From Dehalococcoidia bacterium (GTDB lineage Bacteria; Chloroflexota; Dehalococcoidia; Lucifugimonadales; Lucifugimonadaceae): a DNA stretch of 64,000 bases. How positions within the stretch are numbered: position 1 is the stretch's first letter; each line of letters starts with the position of its first letter. The position numbers were made by a program, and so were the translations under genes. The stretch spans positions 176,989-240,988 of the forward strand of contig CAXXNJ010000005.1 of assembly GCA_963663555.2 (NCBI GenBank), read 5' to 3'. The notes beneath the pieces were generated by a model that made no database searches, was not told the origin of the DNA, and saw only the letters and a list, made by a program, of their open reading frames with translations. Shown here piece by piece: positions 53,440 to 63,399 of the stretch.

Positions 53440-54774
53440 TCAGGACGCGCTGGCGTAACTCTCCACCCTAATGAGATTATCGAGGCTGCCGACGGCTTCA
53501 AGCTGCCGCAACCGGCCGGCAGCATTCTGCATGTTAGCCTCTCTTGAAGGGTGCGTCATTATCACGAGGGTCGCAGTGCCCAGAGTCACGTCATTGTCCA
53601 TCTGGAGTACGGAGTGGATGCTGATGTTGTGCTCGCCCAGCACGCCTGAGATCCTTGCCAGCACGCCCGCCCTGTCGAGCGCCGTCATACGCAAGTAGTA
53701 CTGCGAGGTGAGCGCACTCATTGGCAGCAGGTCGAGGCTCTGGTCGTCGCCGGCGCCGGTGGAACCGGGCGGGGCGCTCGTCTCCATGCCCTCCACCACG
53801 CGCCGGATGTCTCCCATGACTGCGCTGGAGGTGGGATCGGCTCCCGCCCCTCTGCCCTGAAGCCACAGCGGGCCGACCAGATCGCCCTCGATCTCGACGG
53901 CGTTGAGGACGCCGTTGACGTTCGCCATAGGCACGTCTTTCGGCACCATGGCGGGGTGCACCCTCACGAGCAGTCCGCCGTCGTCGCGCTGCGCGATGGC
54001 CAGCAGCTTGATGGTGTAGCCTAGCTGCTCGGCGTAGCTGAAGTCGAGCGCGCCGATGCCGCTGATGCCCTCGCGGTGAATGCCGTCGAGTGGAGGGCGC
54101 GTGCCGAAGGCCAGCCAGGCGAGTATGGCGATCTTATATGCGGCGTCGAAGCCCTCGACGTCGCTGGTGGGGTCGGCCTCGGCGTAACCCAGGGACTGGG
54201 CCTCTTGCAGGGCGTCGGCGAACTGCGCGCCCTCGGTCGCCATACGCGTCAGGATGTAGTTCGTGGTGCCGTTGATGATGGCCCTCACGCTTCTAACCCG
54301 GTTGGCGGCCAGGTCTCTAGTAAGCGGCCCCAGGATGGGTATGCCGCCGCCCACGCTGGCCTCGAAGTAGAGGCGTGCGCCCCGCTCTGCGGCCAGCCGG
54401 GACAGGCCGTCGCCATGCCTGGCAATCACCTCTTTGTTGGCCGTGACGACGTGCTTACCTGCCGACAGCGCACGCTCCATAAGGCCTCGTGCAGGTTCCT
54501 CGCCGCCCATCAGCTCGACGACGATGTCCACTTCAGGGTCATCGACCAAGCTGGCGGGGTTTGTTGTGATGACGCCCTCCGGCAGCGTGACGTTGCGGGT
54601 GCGGTTGGCGTCCCGCACGAGGGCCCGGCGCAGGTTTAGTGAGACGTCGCGTGACCCGGGGCGGGCCGCGTCTTGCAGAATGGCCTTGGCCACGGCGCCT
54701 CCGACGGTCCCCAGGCCCAGGAGACCTATGCCGACCAGTCGCGCGGCGCCTGCTGAGGCGGATGGGCCGCTCAC
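53440..54774 (-). CDS. hom: Homoserine dehydrogenase with C-terminal ACT domain
   Basis: GLLGLGTVGGAVA Rossmann motif, ..VVTANKEV.., ..NGTTNYIL.., ACT-like tail. Confidence 0.9.
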   Translation of the reverse strand: MSGPSASAGAARLVGIGLLGLGTVGGAVAKAILQDAARPGSRDVSLNLRRALVRDANRTRNVTLPEGVITTNPASLVDDPEVDIVVELMGGEEPARGLMERALSAGKHVVTANKEVIARHGDGLSRLAAERGARLYFEASVGGGIPILGPLTRDLAANRVRSVRAIINGTTNYILTRMATEGAQFADALQEAQSLGYAEADPTSDVEGFDAAYKIAILAWLAFGTRPPLDGIHREGISGIGALDFSYAEQLGYTIKLLAIAQRDDGGLLVRVHPAMVPKDVPMANVNGVLNAVEIEGDLVGPLWLQGRGAGADPTSSAVMGDIRRVVEGMETSAPPGSTGAGDDQSLDLLPMSALTSQYYLRMTALDRAGVLARISGVLGEHNISIHSVLQMDNDVTLGTATLVIMTHPSREANMQNAAGRLRQLEAVGSLDNLIRVESYASAS

Positions 54775-55970
54775 GGCGCCGCGGCCTGGAATCCGGCGCC
54801 TAGACCGCCCAGACCGGGGAATCCCTGTTCAGGCGTTGGCGTTGGACGGATCGACGCAATGGCCACCTGCCGGTTCACCCATGCATAGATGCGGTCGTTG
54901 AGCTCCATGTACAGGTCGAACTCGCGCCGGTGTTCATTCAAGTATGAAGTGAGGGCGTTGTCGGTCAGCTTATCGAACTGGCTGTCGGTAACTTCACGCG
55001 CTTCGGTGTACTCCTTGACGACGTATACGACGAGCTGCCGCATTTCGGAGTCGAACTGCGGCGGGCTGGGCTCTCCAAACGGCAGCAGTCGATTGCCCTC
55101 ACTGTCCACGCCGAACAACATGCGGTTGAGCGTTTCGTGTACGTCCTCCGGGAACCATCCCACCTCGCCGCCTGTGCGCTGTACCGCGGGGTCGATGGAG
55201 AACTCTCTCGCCACTTCCTCCACGGGAGTCCCGCCCGAGATGGCCCTGACGACGCGCTGCAGGTCCTGCTCGTCCGTCTCCGAAAGCCTGATCTCGTACA
55301 GCTGAACCTGCGGGTGAATGCGCGGCACGTCGGTGGCGATGGCGGCCCTGACCTTGTTCCTAAAGACCTCCTTGCGCACGAATTCCCTGAACACGTCTTC
55401 GGTGAGACCGACGTTGTTCAGGAACTGGCGCTTGCGTTCCGCCAGGTTGGCCTGGTATTCGGCAGTCTCCCTTTCGGCAGGGTCGTCCGGCAGGGTCTGG
55501 AGACGGTATTCGATTTCGAAGTCCACCTCTTCCGGTGACACCGATATTCCGAACTGGGGCGCCAGCCTGTATGCAATCTCGTTGTCCTGTATGTCCTGCA
55601 TCGCCTCGAAGAGCGAAGTCCCCAACTCGAACTGCTGGCCGAGGTCCTCGGTCAGGCGTTGCCTGTACCTGATGAAGTCCACGACGTCACCGCGGGTGTA
55701 GGTGGCGTCCTCTATCCGCACTGCGACCTCCCGCGGGGGGAGTACGAAGGTGGTTACGAAGGCGTAGATGGGGAAGGCGAGCAGGCCCAGGAGCAGTACC
55801 GCGCCTCCGATGATCCATGGCTTGGACCTCAGGCGGTCTCTGCGGAGAGTGGCAAGCATCTCCCTCCGGCCTGGGCCGCGCCGGGTGATGCTTCTTTCAC
55901 CCGGCTCGTAGCTGTCGGGAGCGGGGGACGTCTCTTCTTGGTCGTCCGGGCGGCGGTCTTCCTCAGTCAA
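54771..55970 (-). CDS. Membrane-anchored SurA-N/PpiC-type peptidyl-prolyl isomerase-like chaperone
   Basis: One N-terminal TM segment (WIIGGAVLLLGLLAFPIYAF), then SurA-N-like helical region and a parvulin-like segment (..GGEVGWFPE..). Confidence 0.5.
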   Translation of the reverse strand: MTEEDRRPDDQEETSPAPDSYEPGERSITRRGPGRREMLATLRRDRLRSKPWIIGGAVLLLGLLAFPIYAFVTTFVLPPREVAVRIEDATYTRGDVVDFIRYRQRLTEDLGQQFELGTSLFEAMQDIQDNEIAYRLAPQFGISVSPEEVDFEIEYRLQTLPDDPAERETAEYQANLAERKRQFLNNVGLTEDVFREFVRKEVFRNKVRAAIATDVPRIHPQVQLYEIRLSETDEQDLQRVVRAISGGTPVEEVAREFSIDPAVQRTGGEVGWFPEDVHETLNRMLFGVDSEGNRLLPFGEPSPPQFDSEMRQLVVYVVKEYTEAREVTDSQFDKLTDNALTSYLNEHRREFDLYMELNDRIYAWVNRQVAIASIRPTPTPEQGFPGLGGLGAGFQAAAP

Positions 55971-56062
55971 TGATCAGCCTCCGGGGGCGGGCGGTAGGAT
56001 GTGTTATTTGCGCCGCGCTTCCGGCAGTCCGCAGACCGGCTTAGGACGGACTGCGCCGTAAA

Positions 56063-56608
56063 CTATTCCCTCTCCGGCTGGCCGGATTCGGCGCCGGCTT
56101 CCTTACTGTTAACGTCGGATTCCGCTTGGACGGATTCAACCGGCCGCTCTGCAACTACCGGCTCTGTCACAGCTTCCTGCGCTTCGTCCTTAGTTTCGTC
56201 TGCCTTGTCGGCCTCCGGCTGCGGCGTTGCTTGGGCCTCGTCCGCACGCTGCGGCCGGTCCTTGGGGCCCTGAGACTGGCGCGGCGCCAGGTTGTTCGTC
56301 ACCCTGACGTGGTCCGGCGCGTATGGGAGCAGGGCCATGAACCTGGCCCTCAGTATGGCCCGGCGCACAACCCGCTGGTGCTTTGCGCAGTTGCCGCACT
56401 TCTTGGCGGAGTCGATTCGGGCGCGGTCGGAAATGTAGCGGCGCAGGCGGTTTACCGACTTGTAGTCGATGGTGTCGACGTGGTCGACGCAGAAGAAGCA
56501 GACGCGCCGCCCGCGCCGGAAGCCCCGCCTGCCGCCGCGGAACGGGCCGCCGCGCTGCCGCGGGCCGGAAGAGGATCTTGAAGGTGGGGAGGATCTGGAG
56601 GTTGTCAT
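56063..56608 (-). CDS. rpsR: 30S ribosomal protein S18 with RG-rich N-terminus and ~75-aa acidic C-terminal extension
   Basis: Core CFFCVDHVDTIDYKSVNRLRRYISDRARIDSAKKCGNCAKHQRVVRRAILRARFMALLPY. rpsF-ssb-rpsR synteny. Confidence 0.9.
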   Translation of the reverse strand: MTTSRSSPPSRSSSGPRQRGGPFRGGRRGFRRGRRVCFFCVDHVDTIDYKSVNRLRRYISDRARIDSAKKCGNCAKHQRVVRRAILRARFMALLPYAPDHVRVTNNLAPRQSQGPKDRPQRADEAQATPQPEADKADETKDEAQEAVTEPVVAERPVESVQAESDVNSKEAGAESGQPERE

Positions 56609-56681
56609 CTCAGGTGATAGCCGTTTCGATCATCTGGTCGTTCACGTGGATTAGTCGGAAAGACGGCCGCAGGCGGCATTT

Positions 56682-57119
56682 CTACCAAGGCAGGTCCTCG
56701 ATGTTCTCGCCGCCGTTGTCAGCCGGCGGCCATTGGCCGGAGGATCTGTCACCGTAGTCGTCCCGGCCGCCGCCTTCGCCGGATCTCCCCGGCCGGTCGA
56801 GGAACAGCACTCGAAACGCGTTTACCTCAAGTGAAAAGCGGGTCTGGCCGTCGTTTCCTACGTAGCTACGGCCGCGCACTCTGCCCTCGACGAACACCTT
56901 GCTGCCCTTGACCACGTACTGGTTCACTGTTTCAGCCAGGCGGTCCCAAGCGGCAACCCTGAACCACTCCGTCTCGTCTTCCCCACCTTCGCCGTCCCGC
57001 CTGCCGCGGCGATAGTTCACTGCAAGGCTGAAGTTGGTCACGGCGGCGCCGCTGGGCGTGTACCGCATCTCCGGGTCGCCCCCGACGTTGCCAATCAAAA
57101 ATATCTGGTTGAGGCTCAT
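56682..57119 (-). CDS. ssb: Single-stranded DNA-binding protein
   Basis: MSLNQIFLIGNVGGDPEMRYTPSGAAVTNFSLAVN OB-fold N-terminus, acidic tip ..NIEDLPW. Confidence 0.92.
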   Translation of the reverse strand: MSLNQIFLIGNVGGDPEMRYTPSGAAVTNFSLAVNYRRGRRDGEGGEDETEWFRVAAWDRLAETVNQYVVKGSKVFVEGRVRGRSYVGNDGQTRFSLEVNAFRVLFLDRPGRSGEGGGRDDYGDRSSGQWPPADNGGENIEDLPW

Positions 57120-57463
57120 GATTTCGACGCCTTGCCGTTGTTCCGGGAGCCGCCCGAGTCTTTCTTGTTCTTCTTGGCCTCTTCGGACCGTACTATCAGG
57201 TGGCGCAGCACGCCCTGGTCGGCCGTCATCAGGCTGTCAATCGTAATCACGGCGCTGGCTTCCACCGAGAAGGTGGCGACGTAGTAGGCTCCTTCGGTGC
57301 GCTTTTGGATCGGATAGGAGAGGTTGCGCCTGCCCCACAGGGCGGCCGAGTGCACCTCTCCCCCGTTATCAGTAACCATAGCCGACATGCGGCTGACGGA
57401 GGCCTCGCACTCCTCTTCGGAGGCTTCGCCTGGGAGAATCCACAAGATTTCGTATCGACGCAA
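57116..57463 (-). CDS. rpsF: 30S ribosomal protein S6
   Basis: MRRYEILWIL...; 4-nt overlap with ssb. Confidence 0.9.
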   Translation of the reverse strand: MRRYEILWILPGEASEEECEASVSRMSAMVTDNGGEVHSAALWGRRNLSYPIQKRTEGAYYVATFSVEASAVITIDSLMTADQGVLRHLIVRSEEAKKNKKDSGGSRNNGKASKS

Positions 57464-57502
57464 TTGACACCCTTGCCGCTTCAGTTACTGGCAAACCTGA
57501 TG

Positions 57503-57511
57503 ATTTTACCA
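57503..57511 (-). promoter_or_regulatory. Candidate extended -10 element (TGGTAAAAT) for the rpsF-ssb-rpsR operon
   Basis: The reverse strand reads tggtaaaat ~40 nt upstream of the rpsF start. The TTGCCA at 57527-57522 is only 13 nt away, so there is no properly spaced -35. Motif match only. Confidence 0.3.
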
Positions 57512-57548
57512 CAAGGCCGCCTGGCAACCGGCCTTGATGACGACGGCT

Positions 57549-58805
57549 TTACCCGGCGCCCTGGCCGGTGATGCCTGGCGCAGGGAATTGTGAGGCGAAC
57601 GCGGCCACCTCCTGCCTGATGCTCCGCAGCCGTCCCGGACTGCCGGCGGCGTTGAGCGCGTCCAAGACGTAGCCGCCAATCCGTTCCATGTCGGCCGCGC
57701 CCATCCCGCGCGTCGTGACCGCGGGTACGCCGACGCGGATCCCGCTCGTCACCATCGGAGGCTCCGGATCGTACGGAATGGCGTTCTTGTTAACAACCAG
57801 GCCGGCCTCCTGTAGGACGCTCTGGGCCTGTGCGCCCGTCACGGACAGTGGGCGCAGGTCTACGAGCATCATGTGGTTGTCCGTCCCGCCCGACACGATG
57901 CGCAGGCCGCCGGACGTGAGCGAGGCCGCAAGGGCGCGGGCGTTGTCGACGACAGCTGCGGCGTAGGCGCGGAACTCCGGTCTGAGAGCCTCCCCAAACG
58001 CAACGGCCTTTGCGGCGATTGAATGCATCATCGGGCCGCCCTGCACGTTTGGGAACACCGCTGCGTCCAGCCTGCGGGCGAGCTCCTCCGTGCACATCGC
58101 CAGCGCGCCTCTAGGGCCGCGCAGCGTCTTGTGAGTCGTGCTGGTGACGACGTCGGCGTGGGGCACGGGATTGGGGTGGACGCCGCCAGCGATGAGGCCG
58201 GCGACGTGCGCCACGTCCACCAACAGCCGGGAACCCGCGGCGTCGGCGATTTCCCGGAACTTTCCGAAGTCGATCAGCCGTGAGTATGCCGTTGCTCCGG
58301 CGATGATCAGCTTGGGCCGGAACCGTTCCGCCTCACGAGCCAGGGCCTCGTAGTCGATCTGCTCGGTCTCTCTGTCTACGCCGTAGTGGGCGAATTCGTA
58401 GAGCTTGCCGGAGAAGTTGACGCCGGAGCCGTGGGTTAGATGGCCGCCCTGGTCGAGCCTCATGCCCATCACCCTGTCGCCGGGCTTGAGCAGTGCAAAG
58501 AAAGCCGCCATGTTCGCCTGCGCGCCGCTGACGGGCTGGACGTTGGCGTGCTGCGCGCCGAACAGCCGCTTGAGACGGTCGATGGCGATGCGCTCCACTG
58601 CGTCCATGTTCTCGCAGCCGGCGTAGTAGCGGCGGCCGGGGTAGCCCTCGGCGTACTTGTTGGTCATCACCGAGCCGGTCGCCTCCAGCACGGCCGCGCT
58701 GGCGTAGTTCTCCGAGGCGATCAGGGCCAGCTCGCCGGTCTGCCGCTCGCGCTCGGCTGCAATTGCCGAGGCTACTTCCCTGTCCTGTATTTCTAGGCTC
58801 GACAA
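57549..58805 (-). CDS. glyA: Serine hydroxymethyltransferase
   Basis: ..[34 protein letters not shown].., ..[11 protein letters not shown].. PLP-lysine motif. Confidence 0.95.
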   Translation of the reverse strand: MSSLEIQDREVASAIAAERERQTGELALIASENYASAAVLEATGSVMTNKYAEGYPGRRYYAGCENMDAVERIAIDRLKRLFGAQHANVQPVSGAQANMAAFFALLKPGDRVMGMRLDQGGHLTHGSGVNFSGKLYEFAHYGVDRETEQIDYEALAREAERFRPKLIIAGATAYSRLIDFGKFREIADAAGSRLLVDVAHVAGLIAGGVHPNPVPHADVVTSTTHKTLRGPRGALAMCTEELARRLDAAVFPNVQGGPMMHSIAAKAVAFGEALRPEFRAYAAAVVDNARALAASLTSGGLRIVSGGTDNHMMLVDLRPLSVTGAQAQSVLQEAGLVVNKNAIPYDPEPPMVTSGIRVGVPAVTTRGMGAADMERIGGYVLDALNAAGSPGRLRSIRQEVAAFASQFPAPGITGQGAG

Positions 58806-58896
58806 GTGAAATCTCCGCGCTCTCTTACGATTGCGCCAAGTCTATGGCGTCCGGGCCTTGCTTGCGACCTCAAGACTCGTCCACCCGGATGGCCTA

Positions 58897-59325
58897 CTAG
58901 CCGAATGGGGACTTCCACGTGGTCACCCTGGGCGATTCCATGCAGACCGCCACGAACGGTAGAGGCTTGCCGTAGCTGGCCGCGTACTCTGCGCCCGCTT
59001 CCGCGCCCATGTACCGCTCCGAGATGCGGGCCATCAGGTCGTCGATGCCGTTGGTCGTCACGTGAGTCTCGCCGCGGTACATGACCCACCTGTCATCGCC
59101 GTCGGAGTCCACTATCAGCACGGTAGCCCTAGGATCGCGGCGCAATATGCGGGCCTTCACCGAGCGGGGATCGATCAAAATCGTCACGCCGCCCTTCGGC
59201 TCCGGCAGGTACCACACCGGCGTCGAATGCGCGTAGCCGTCGGCGCCCACTACGGTGATGACCGCCAGGTGCGTTCCCTCGACGAGATCCCGAGTCTCGG
59301 CGGGCGTCAGGCTTTCATCCGGCAT
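58897..59325 (-). CDS. Pyridoxamine 5'-phosphate oxidase-family (split beta-barrel, FMN/F420-binding) protein
   Basis: 142 aa; ..HLAVITVVGADGYAHSTPVWY.. pattern typical of the PPOX class. Confidence 0.6.
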   Translation of the reverse strand: MPDESLTPAETRDLVEGTHLAVITVVGADGYAHSTPVWYLPEPKGGVTILIDPRSVKARILRRDPRATVLIVDSDGDDRWVMYRGETHVTTNGIDDLMARISERYMGAEAGAEYAASYGKPLPFVAVCMESPRVTTWKSPFG

Positions 59326-60082
59326 GTTGCATTCCTTCCAAGATCGAGTCCACCCGCGACCGGATCTCTGCGGCCACCGCCTCGGGGGACTGCGTTGCGT
59401 CCACTACCAGCCAGCGATGAGGCTCCATACCTGCCAGCGTGCCGTAGCCCGAGGCCACCCGGTTGTGGAAGGCGGTAGATTCCATTTCAAACCGCCTCTC
59501 GGACTCCGGATCAACCCTGAAGCCGCTGGCTTCTGCGCCCCCCGCGTCCAGTTTTGGGTTCACGACGCGGGCCTTTGCCGTTACGGGGTGGATCTCCAGC
59601 AAGACAGTCAGGTCCGGTTTGCGCCCTGCCGTGGCGATCTCGTTGAGCTGGCGGATAATCTCTTTATTGAATTCACGGCCGTAACCTTGGTAAGCCAAAG
59701 TTGAATCCGTGAACCTGTCGCATATCACGACGCTGCCCCTCTTCAGCGCCGGTGATATCGCGCTCGCCATCAGCTGAGCGCGCGCCGCCTCGAACAGCAG
59801 CGCTTCGGCCAGCGGAGTTGTGTCCCTCCAACGCTTGATCCATGCCCTTACGTAGTTGCCCAAGTGCGTGCTGCCGGGATCCCTCACCGATAAGACGTTG
59901 ACGCCTTTCGAAATGAGGTAGTCCTCCAGGAGACTCGCTTGCGTGGTCTTGCCCGAACCTTCGCCGCCTTCGAAGGTGATCAGCAGACCAGCGGCATCCC
60001 CGGAGCGCCCTCCGCTGATCTCGAAATCGAGCTGGCGGTGGCCGTCCTCCGGTTCTGGCGGGGGCGCCGGGGGGCGGTTCAC
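59315..60082 (-). CDS. tmk: Thymidylate kinase (with ~35-aa N-terminal extension)
   Basis: LITFEGGEGSGKTTQ P-loop, DRF..S..AYQG motif. Confidence 0.88.
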   Translation of the reverse strand: MNRPPAPPPEPEDGHRQLDFEISGGRSGDAAGLLITFEGGEGSGKTTQASLLEDYLISKGVNVLSVRDPGSTHLGNYVRAWIKRWRDTTPLAEALLFEAARAQLMASAISPALKRGSVVICDRFTDSTLAYQGYGREFNKEIIRQLNEIATAGRKPDLTVLLEIHPVTAKARVVNPKLDAGGAEASGFRVDPESERRFEMESTAFHNRVASGYGTLAGMEPHRWLVVDATQSPEAVAAEIRSRVDSILEGMQHAG

Positions 60083-61752
60083 TTGCGGCGGGCCTGTCGG
60101 CGGCGGCCGCGTATTACCACTCTGCGCCCGCTGTCCCGCCCGGCGCTCGACGAACCGAGATTGCTGCGCGCAGCGAGCCCGTGCTGAAGCCGCCGGATGT
60201 AGGCCGCTTGGGGGGACAGTTCGACGCGCCCGCCCACGCTGAGCACCTGCGTTATCGCCGACTCGGCCTCCTCCAGAGCCATCTGCACCTGCCGGTTCTC
60301 CGGGGAATTCTGGAACTCCCCGTTGGACGCTTCATGCACAAACCGGCTCACGAACTGCTTGATCTGCTCGCTGGTGCCCCGCCGGAGGACGTAGACCGGC
60401 ACCCCGTGCCGTTCGGCGTCGCGCAACTCCGGCGGCCGGCGGTTGTAGTGTGACTTGGTAGTAACCAGCACGTCGGCCTCGCTGGCGTCGGCGGTCAACT
60501 CCACCGGGGCAGCCGTTTCGTCTATCGTCTGGATGAGCAGAGGCTTGGGAACGCCAAAGGGATGCACCCTCACGGGAGCCTGGGCGGCTGTCACTGCGTC
60601 CTCGATTGCGTCTGCGGTTTCCTCCCCTGCATAGGAGCGGGACGGTCTGCTTTGCGACGGGAAGTTGAACGGCGCGGTGCGGAACTCCTGTTCCTGTCTC
60701 GATATGTCCTCGATGGTGGTGCGCACGTTGTCATCCTCGTCGAGCCATCGCAGCTCGCGGGGAATCGGCAGGCCGCGCAGCATCCTGTCGACCACGGCCC
60801 CGGCGTCTAGGTGTACGCCCAGCCTGTTGCGCTCGCGGATCTCCACCAGCACGTCGAACGTCGGCTCGTGCTGGCGTTCCAGCACGGTCTTTTGCGTCCG
60901 GCGGCGGCGCGCCTCGATGTCCCCCAGCGTCACCGACTGAACGCCCCCGACGAGGTCGGAGATGCTTGGGTTCGACACGACGTTCGCCAGCGTGTTGCCG
61001 TGCGCGGTCGCCACCAGCTGCACGCCGCGTTCTGCGATGGTGCGGGCGGCCAGCGCTTCCAACTCCGTGCTCATCTCGTCGATGATTATCACCTCAGGCA
61101 TGTGGTTTTCGACGGCCTCGATCATTACGCGATGTTGCAGCTCCGTCCGGGCCACCTGCAACCGCCGGGCGCTCCCTATGGCGGGATGGGGCACGTCACT
61201 ATCCCCGGCAATCTCGTTGGACGTGTCCACCACGACTACTCGCCTGCCCACGTCGTCCGCCAGGACGCGCGCCACCTCCCGCAGCATGGTGGTCTTGCCC
61301 ACGCCCGGCCGTCCCAGCAGCAGGATGGAATCGCCGGTGCGCACCAGGTCATCGATCAGCTTCACGCTGCCGAAGACGGCGCGGCCCACCCTGCAGGTCA
61401 GCCCGATCGGCTTACCTCTGCGGTTGCGGATGACCGATATCCGGTGGAGCGTGCTCTCTATGCCCGCCCGGTTGTCATCGCCGAACGGCCCCACTCGCTG
61501 CACGACGCCGAGGATGTCCTCCTCGCCGACCAGCGGGCCTTCGACGAGCTCGTGGTCCACCGCGTACCTGACCTGGGGCTTGCGTCCCAGGTCGAGGATG
61601 ACCTCGGTGATGTCGCCGCGAGCCGGCGCCGAAGCCTTGAGGAAGGTCCGGACGCGCTCCGGCAGGGCCCCAGTGAAGGCTTCCAGGTCTTCCACGACCT
61701 GATACGACGACGCCGGTTCGGCGGGTTGCTCTGCCGCTTTAGTCTCGATCAT
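60079..61752 (-). CDS. AAA ATPase with C-terminal R3H domain (ycf45/SpoIIIAA-like)
   Basis: Walker A LLLGRPGVGKTT, Walker B VIIIDE, C-terminal ..AAYIRRLQHGLA....L.S.S.G....RRVVI R3H-like. Confidence 0.75.
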   Translation of the reverse strand: MIETKAAEQPAEPASSYQVVEDLEAFTGALPERVRTFLKASAPARGDITEVILDLGRKPQVRYAVDHELVEGPLVGEEDILGVVQRVGPFGDDNRAGIESTLHRISVIRNRRGKPIGLTCRVGRAVFGSVKLIDDLVRTGDSILLLGRPGVGKTTMLREVARVLADDVGRRVVVVDTSNEIAGDSDVPHPAIGSARRLQVARTELQHRVMIEAVENHMPEVIIIDEMSTELEALAARTIAERGVQLVATAHGNTLANVVSNPSISDLVGGVQSVTLGDIEARRRRTQKTVLERQHEPTFDVLVEIRERNRLGVHLDAGAVVDRMLRGLPIPRELRWLDEDDNVRTTIEDISRQEQEFRTAPFNFPSQSRPSRSYAGEETADAIEDAVTAAQAPVRVHPFGVPKPLLIQTIDETAAPVELTADASEADVLVTTKSHYNRRPPELRDAERHGVPVYVLRRGTSEQIKQFVSRFVHEASNGEFQNSPENRQVQMALEEAESAITQVLSVGGRVELSPQAAYIRRLQHGLAARSNLGSSSAGRDSGRRVVIRGRRRQARRK

Positions 61753-61764
61753 CTCTCTTTGACG

Positions 61765-62700
61765 TCACCCAACCGCCGAGGCGACGCTGCGGGTCTGCGC
61801 CGCTCGCGCAGCCAGCGCCTTGACCAGGACGGCGTATTCGTGCAGCTCTTCGAATCCTATGTCCCGCAACATTCCTGCGAGCGAAGCGCTGCGCTCCGGC
61901 ACCAGCGTCGATACCGGCCCGGTGTCCATTTCGAGGACCGCGGCCAGCAGGCAGTGCATGGCGTCCGGTATTTCGTTCAGCGCGGCGGCCTCGAAGTAGC
62001 GGCCCCGGCCGGCGTTCGCCGTGCGCAGCCACCCCGTGGCGCTTCCGCCGGCGTCTTCCAGGATCCGCTCGTGGACATTACGGCCCGGCTTCTCCAGTCC
62101 GTCCCGCCACTCGGCAGTTGTATTGAAGGAGCGCATTCTCAAGTTCAGCGGGGTAGAGGCGCAATGCAGCCGGAACAGCGCATCGTCGTCAGCCTTGGCG
62201 CGCGGCCTCAGCTGCATGGGAGCGGAGCACAGGCCCAACCGCCGGTAGGCGGAAGTGGACGACTCGACGCGATACAGCGTCTCCGTCTCCAGCGGGACGT
62301 AACCGGCCCTGCGCGCCTCTGCCAGCAGCGCGTCATCCGAGCGGATGCGTATGAAGATGCGCCGTGCGCCGGCGCTTGCGGCCGGGGCGGACAGATCCTC
62401 CAGCGCCTCGCAAGCCGCCTCCTTGAAGTCGCGGTGCACGTACAGGTCACGCACCTCCCAGGCCAGCCGCCCCGACCTCTGACCGGCCCTGAGCGCCACC
62501 TGGATCCGGCTCCCCTCCGACTTGATCCAGCAGCTGCGCCAAGCTCGCGGAGACAGGGCAGCGCCGGCGTACCTGACGGCGGGAAATGCGCCCCCGTTTC
62601 CGCTGATGGCCATCGGCAAGGGATACGCGCGTGCCCTGCCCGCCGCCTCTTTGAACGGCAGAAACGCTGGCGGGTCGGTCGGGTGCAAATGCCGGATCAT
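61765..62700 (-). CDS. Hypothetical protein (possibly GNAT-like)
   Basis: Open frame in an operon-like position. Weak acetyltransferase-like segment (..RRIFIRIRSDDALLAEARRAGY..). No firm family call. Confidence 0.4.
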   Translation of the reverse strand: MIRHLHPTDPPAFLPFKEAAGRARAYPLPMAISGNGGAFPAVRYAGAALSPRAWRSCWIKSEGSRIQVALRAGQRSGRLAWEVRDLYVHRDFKEAACEALEDLSAPAASAGARRIFIRIRSDDALLAEARRAGYVPLETETLYRVESSTSAYRRLGLCSAPMQLRPRAKADDDALFRLHCASTPLNLRMRSFNTTAEWRDGLEKPGRNVHERILEDAGGSATGWLRTANAGRGRYFEAAALNEIPDAMHCLLAAVLEMDTGPVSTLVPERSASLAGMLRDIGFEELHEYAVLVKALAARAAQTRSVASAVG

Positions 62701-62706
62701 GCAGAC

Positions 62707-63399
62707 TTAACTGTGGGCCGTTCCAATCTCCCGTTGCATCTTGGGCTCCGCGCTCCCGCTTGCCGCCGGCCGGGCTGCGCCGGCCGACATGTCGAGGAAC
62801 ATGCGGTGAATCCTGTCGTCATCCGTCAACTCAGGGTGAAAGGATGTGGCAAGTATGCGCCCCTGGCGGACCGCCACGGGGTGGCCGTTGGGCAGCGCGG
62901 CGAGCGTTTCGACCGACGGCCCAGTCTCCGCAATCACCGGCGCCCTGATGAAGACGGCCCGGAAAGGCCCGCCGTCCAGGCCAACCACGACGAAGTCGGC
63001 CTCAAAGCTGTCCACCTGGCGGCCGAACCAGTTGCGGGAGGCCGTCACGTCCAACAGGCCGAGTGGCTCGGGGTATGGATCGGTTAGACGCCGCGCCAGC
63101 ACGATCATGCCGGCGCAGGTGCCCCATACCGCCATGCCCCCGTCTACGGCGCTCGGCAGCGCCTCGCGAAAACCCCAGCGGTCCATCAATTTGGTGATGG
63201 TCGTACTCTCGCCGCCCGGGATGATCAGGCCGTCCAGACCGGCTAGCTGCTCCGGCAACCGCACCTCCGGCGCGTCGCAGCCCATGCCTGCAAGCATGGA
63301 TATGTGCTCGCGGAAGTCACCTTGCAGGGCCAGCACTCCGATCCTGCATTGCACGGGCGCCGCTTCTTTGGCTTGGGTCTTGGTCGCGGCGGCTACCAT
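62707..63399 (-). CDS. pdxT: Pyridoxal 5'-phosphate synthase, glutaminase subunit
   Basis: [14 protein letters not shown].., ..GTCAGMI.. catalytic Cys, ..FHPE... Confidence 0.9.
   Translation of the reverse strand: MVAAATKTQAKEAAPVQCRIGVLALQGDFREHISMLAGMGCDAPEVRLPEQLAGLDGLIIPGGESTTITKLMDRWGFREALPSAVDGGMAVWGTCAGMIVLARRLTDPYPEPLGLLDVTASRNWFGRQVDSFEADFVVVGLDGGPFRAVFIRAPVIAETGPSVETLAALPNGHPVAVRQGRILATSFHPELTDDDRIHRMFLDMSAGAARPAASGSAEPKMQREIGTAHS

Noticed and set aside
60811-63087. 758-aa plus-strand ORF, and others such as 27559..29010, 28967..29893, 41413..42465 and 44531..45769, overlapping recognised genes
   Set aside because: Each lies antisense to well-identified genes (AAA/R3H ATPase, pdxT, the hem genes, prpB, the decarboxylase beta subunit). 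Their translations are Arg/Pro/Gly-rich junk.
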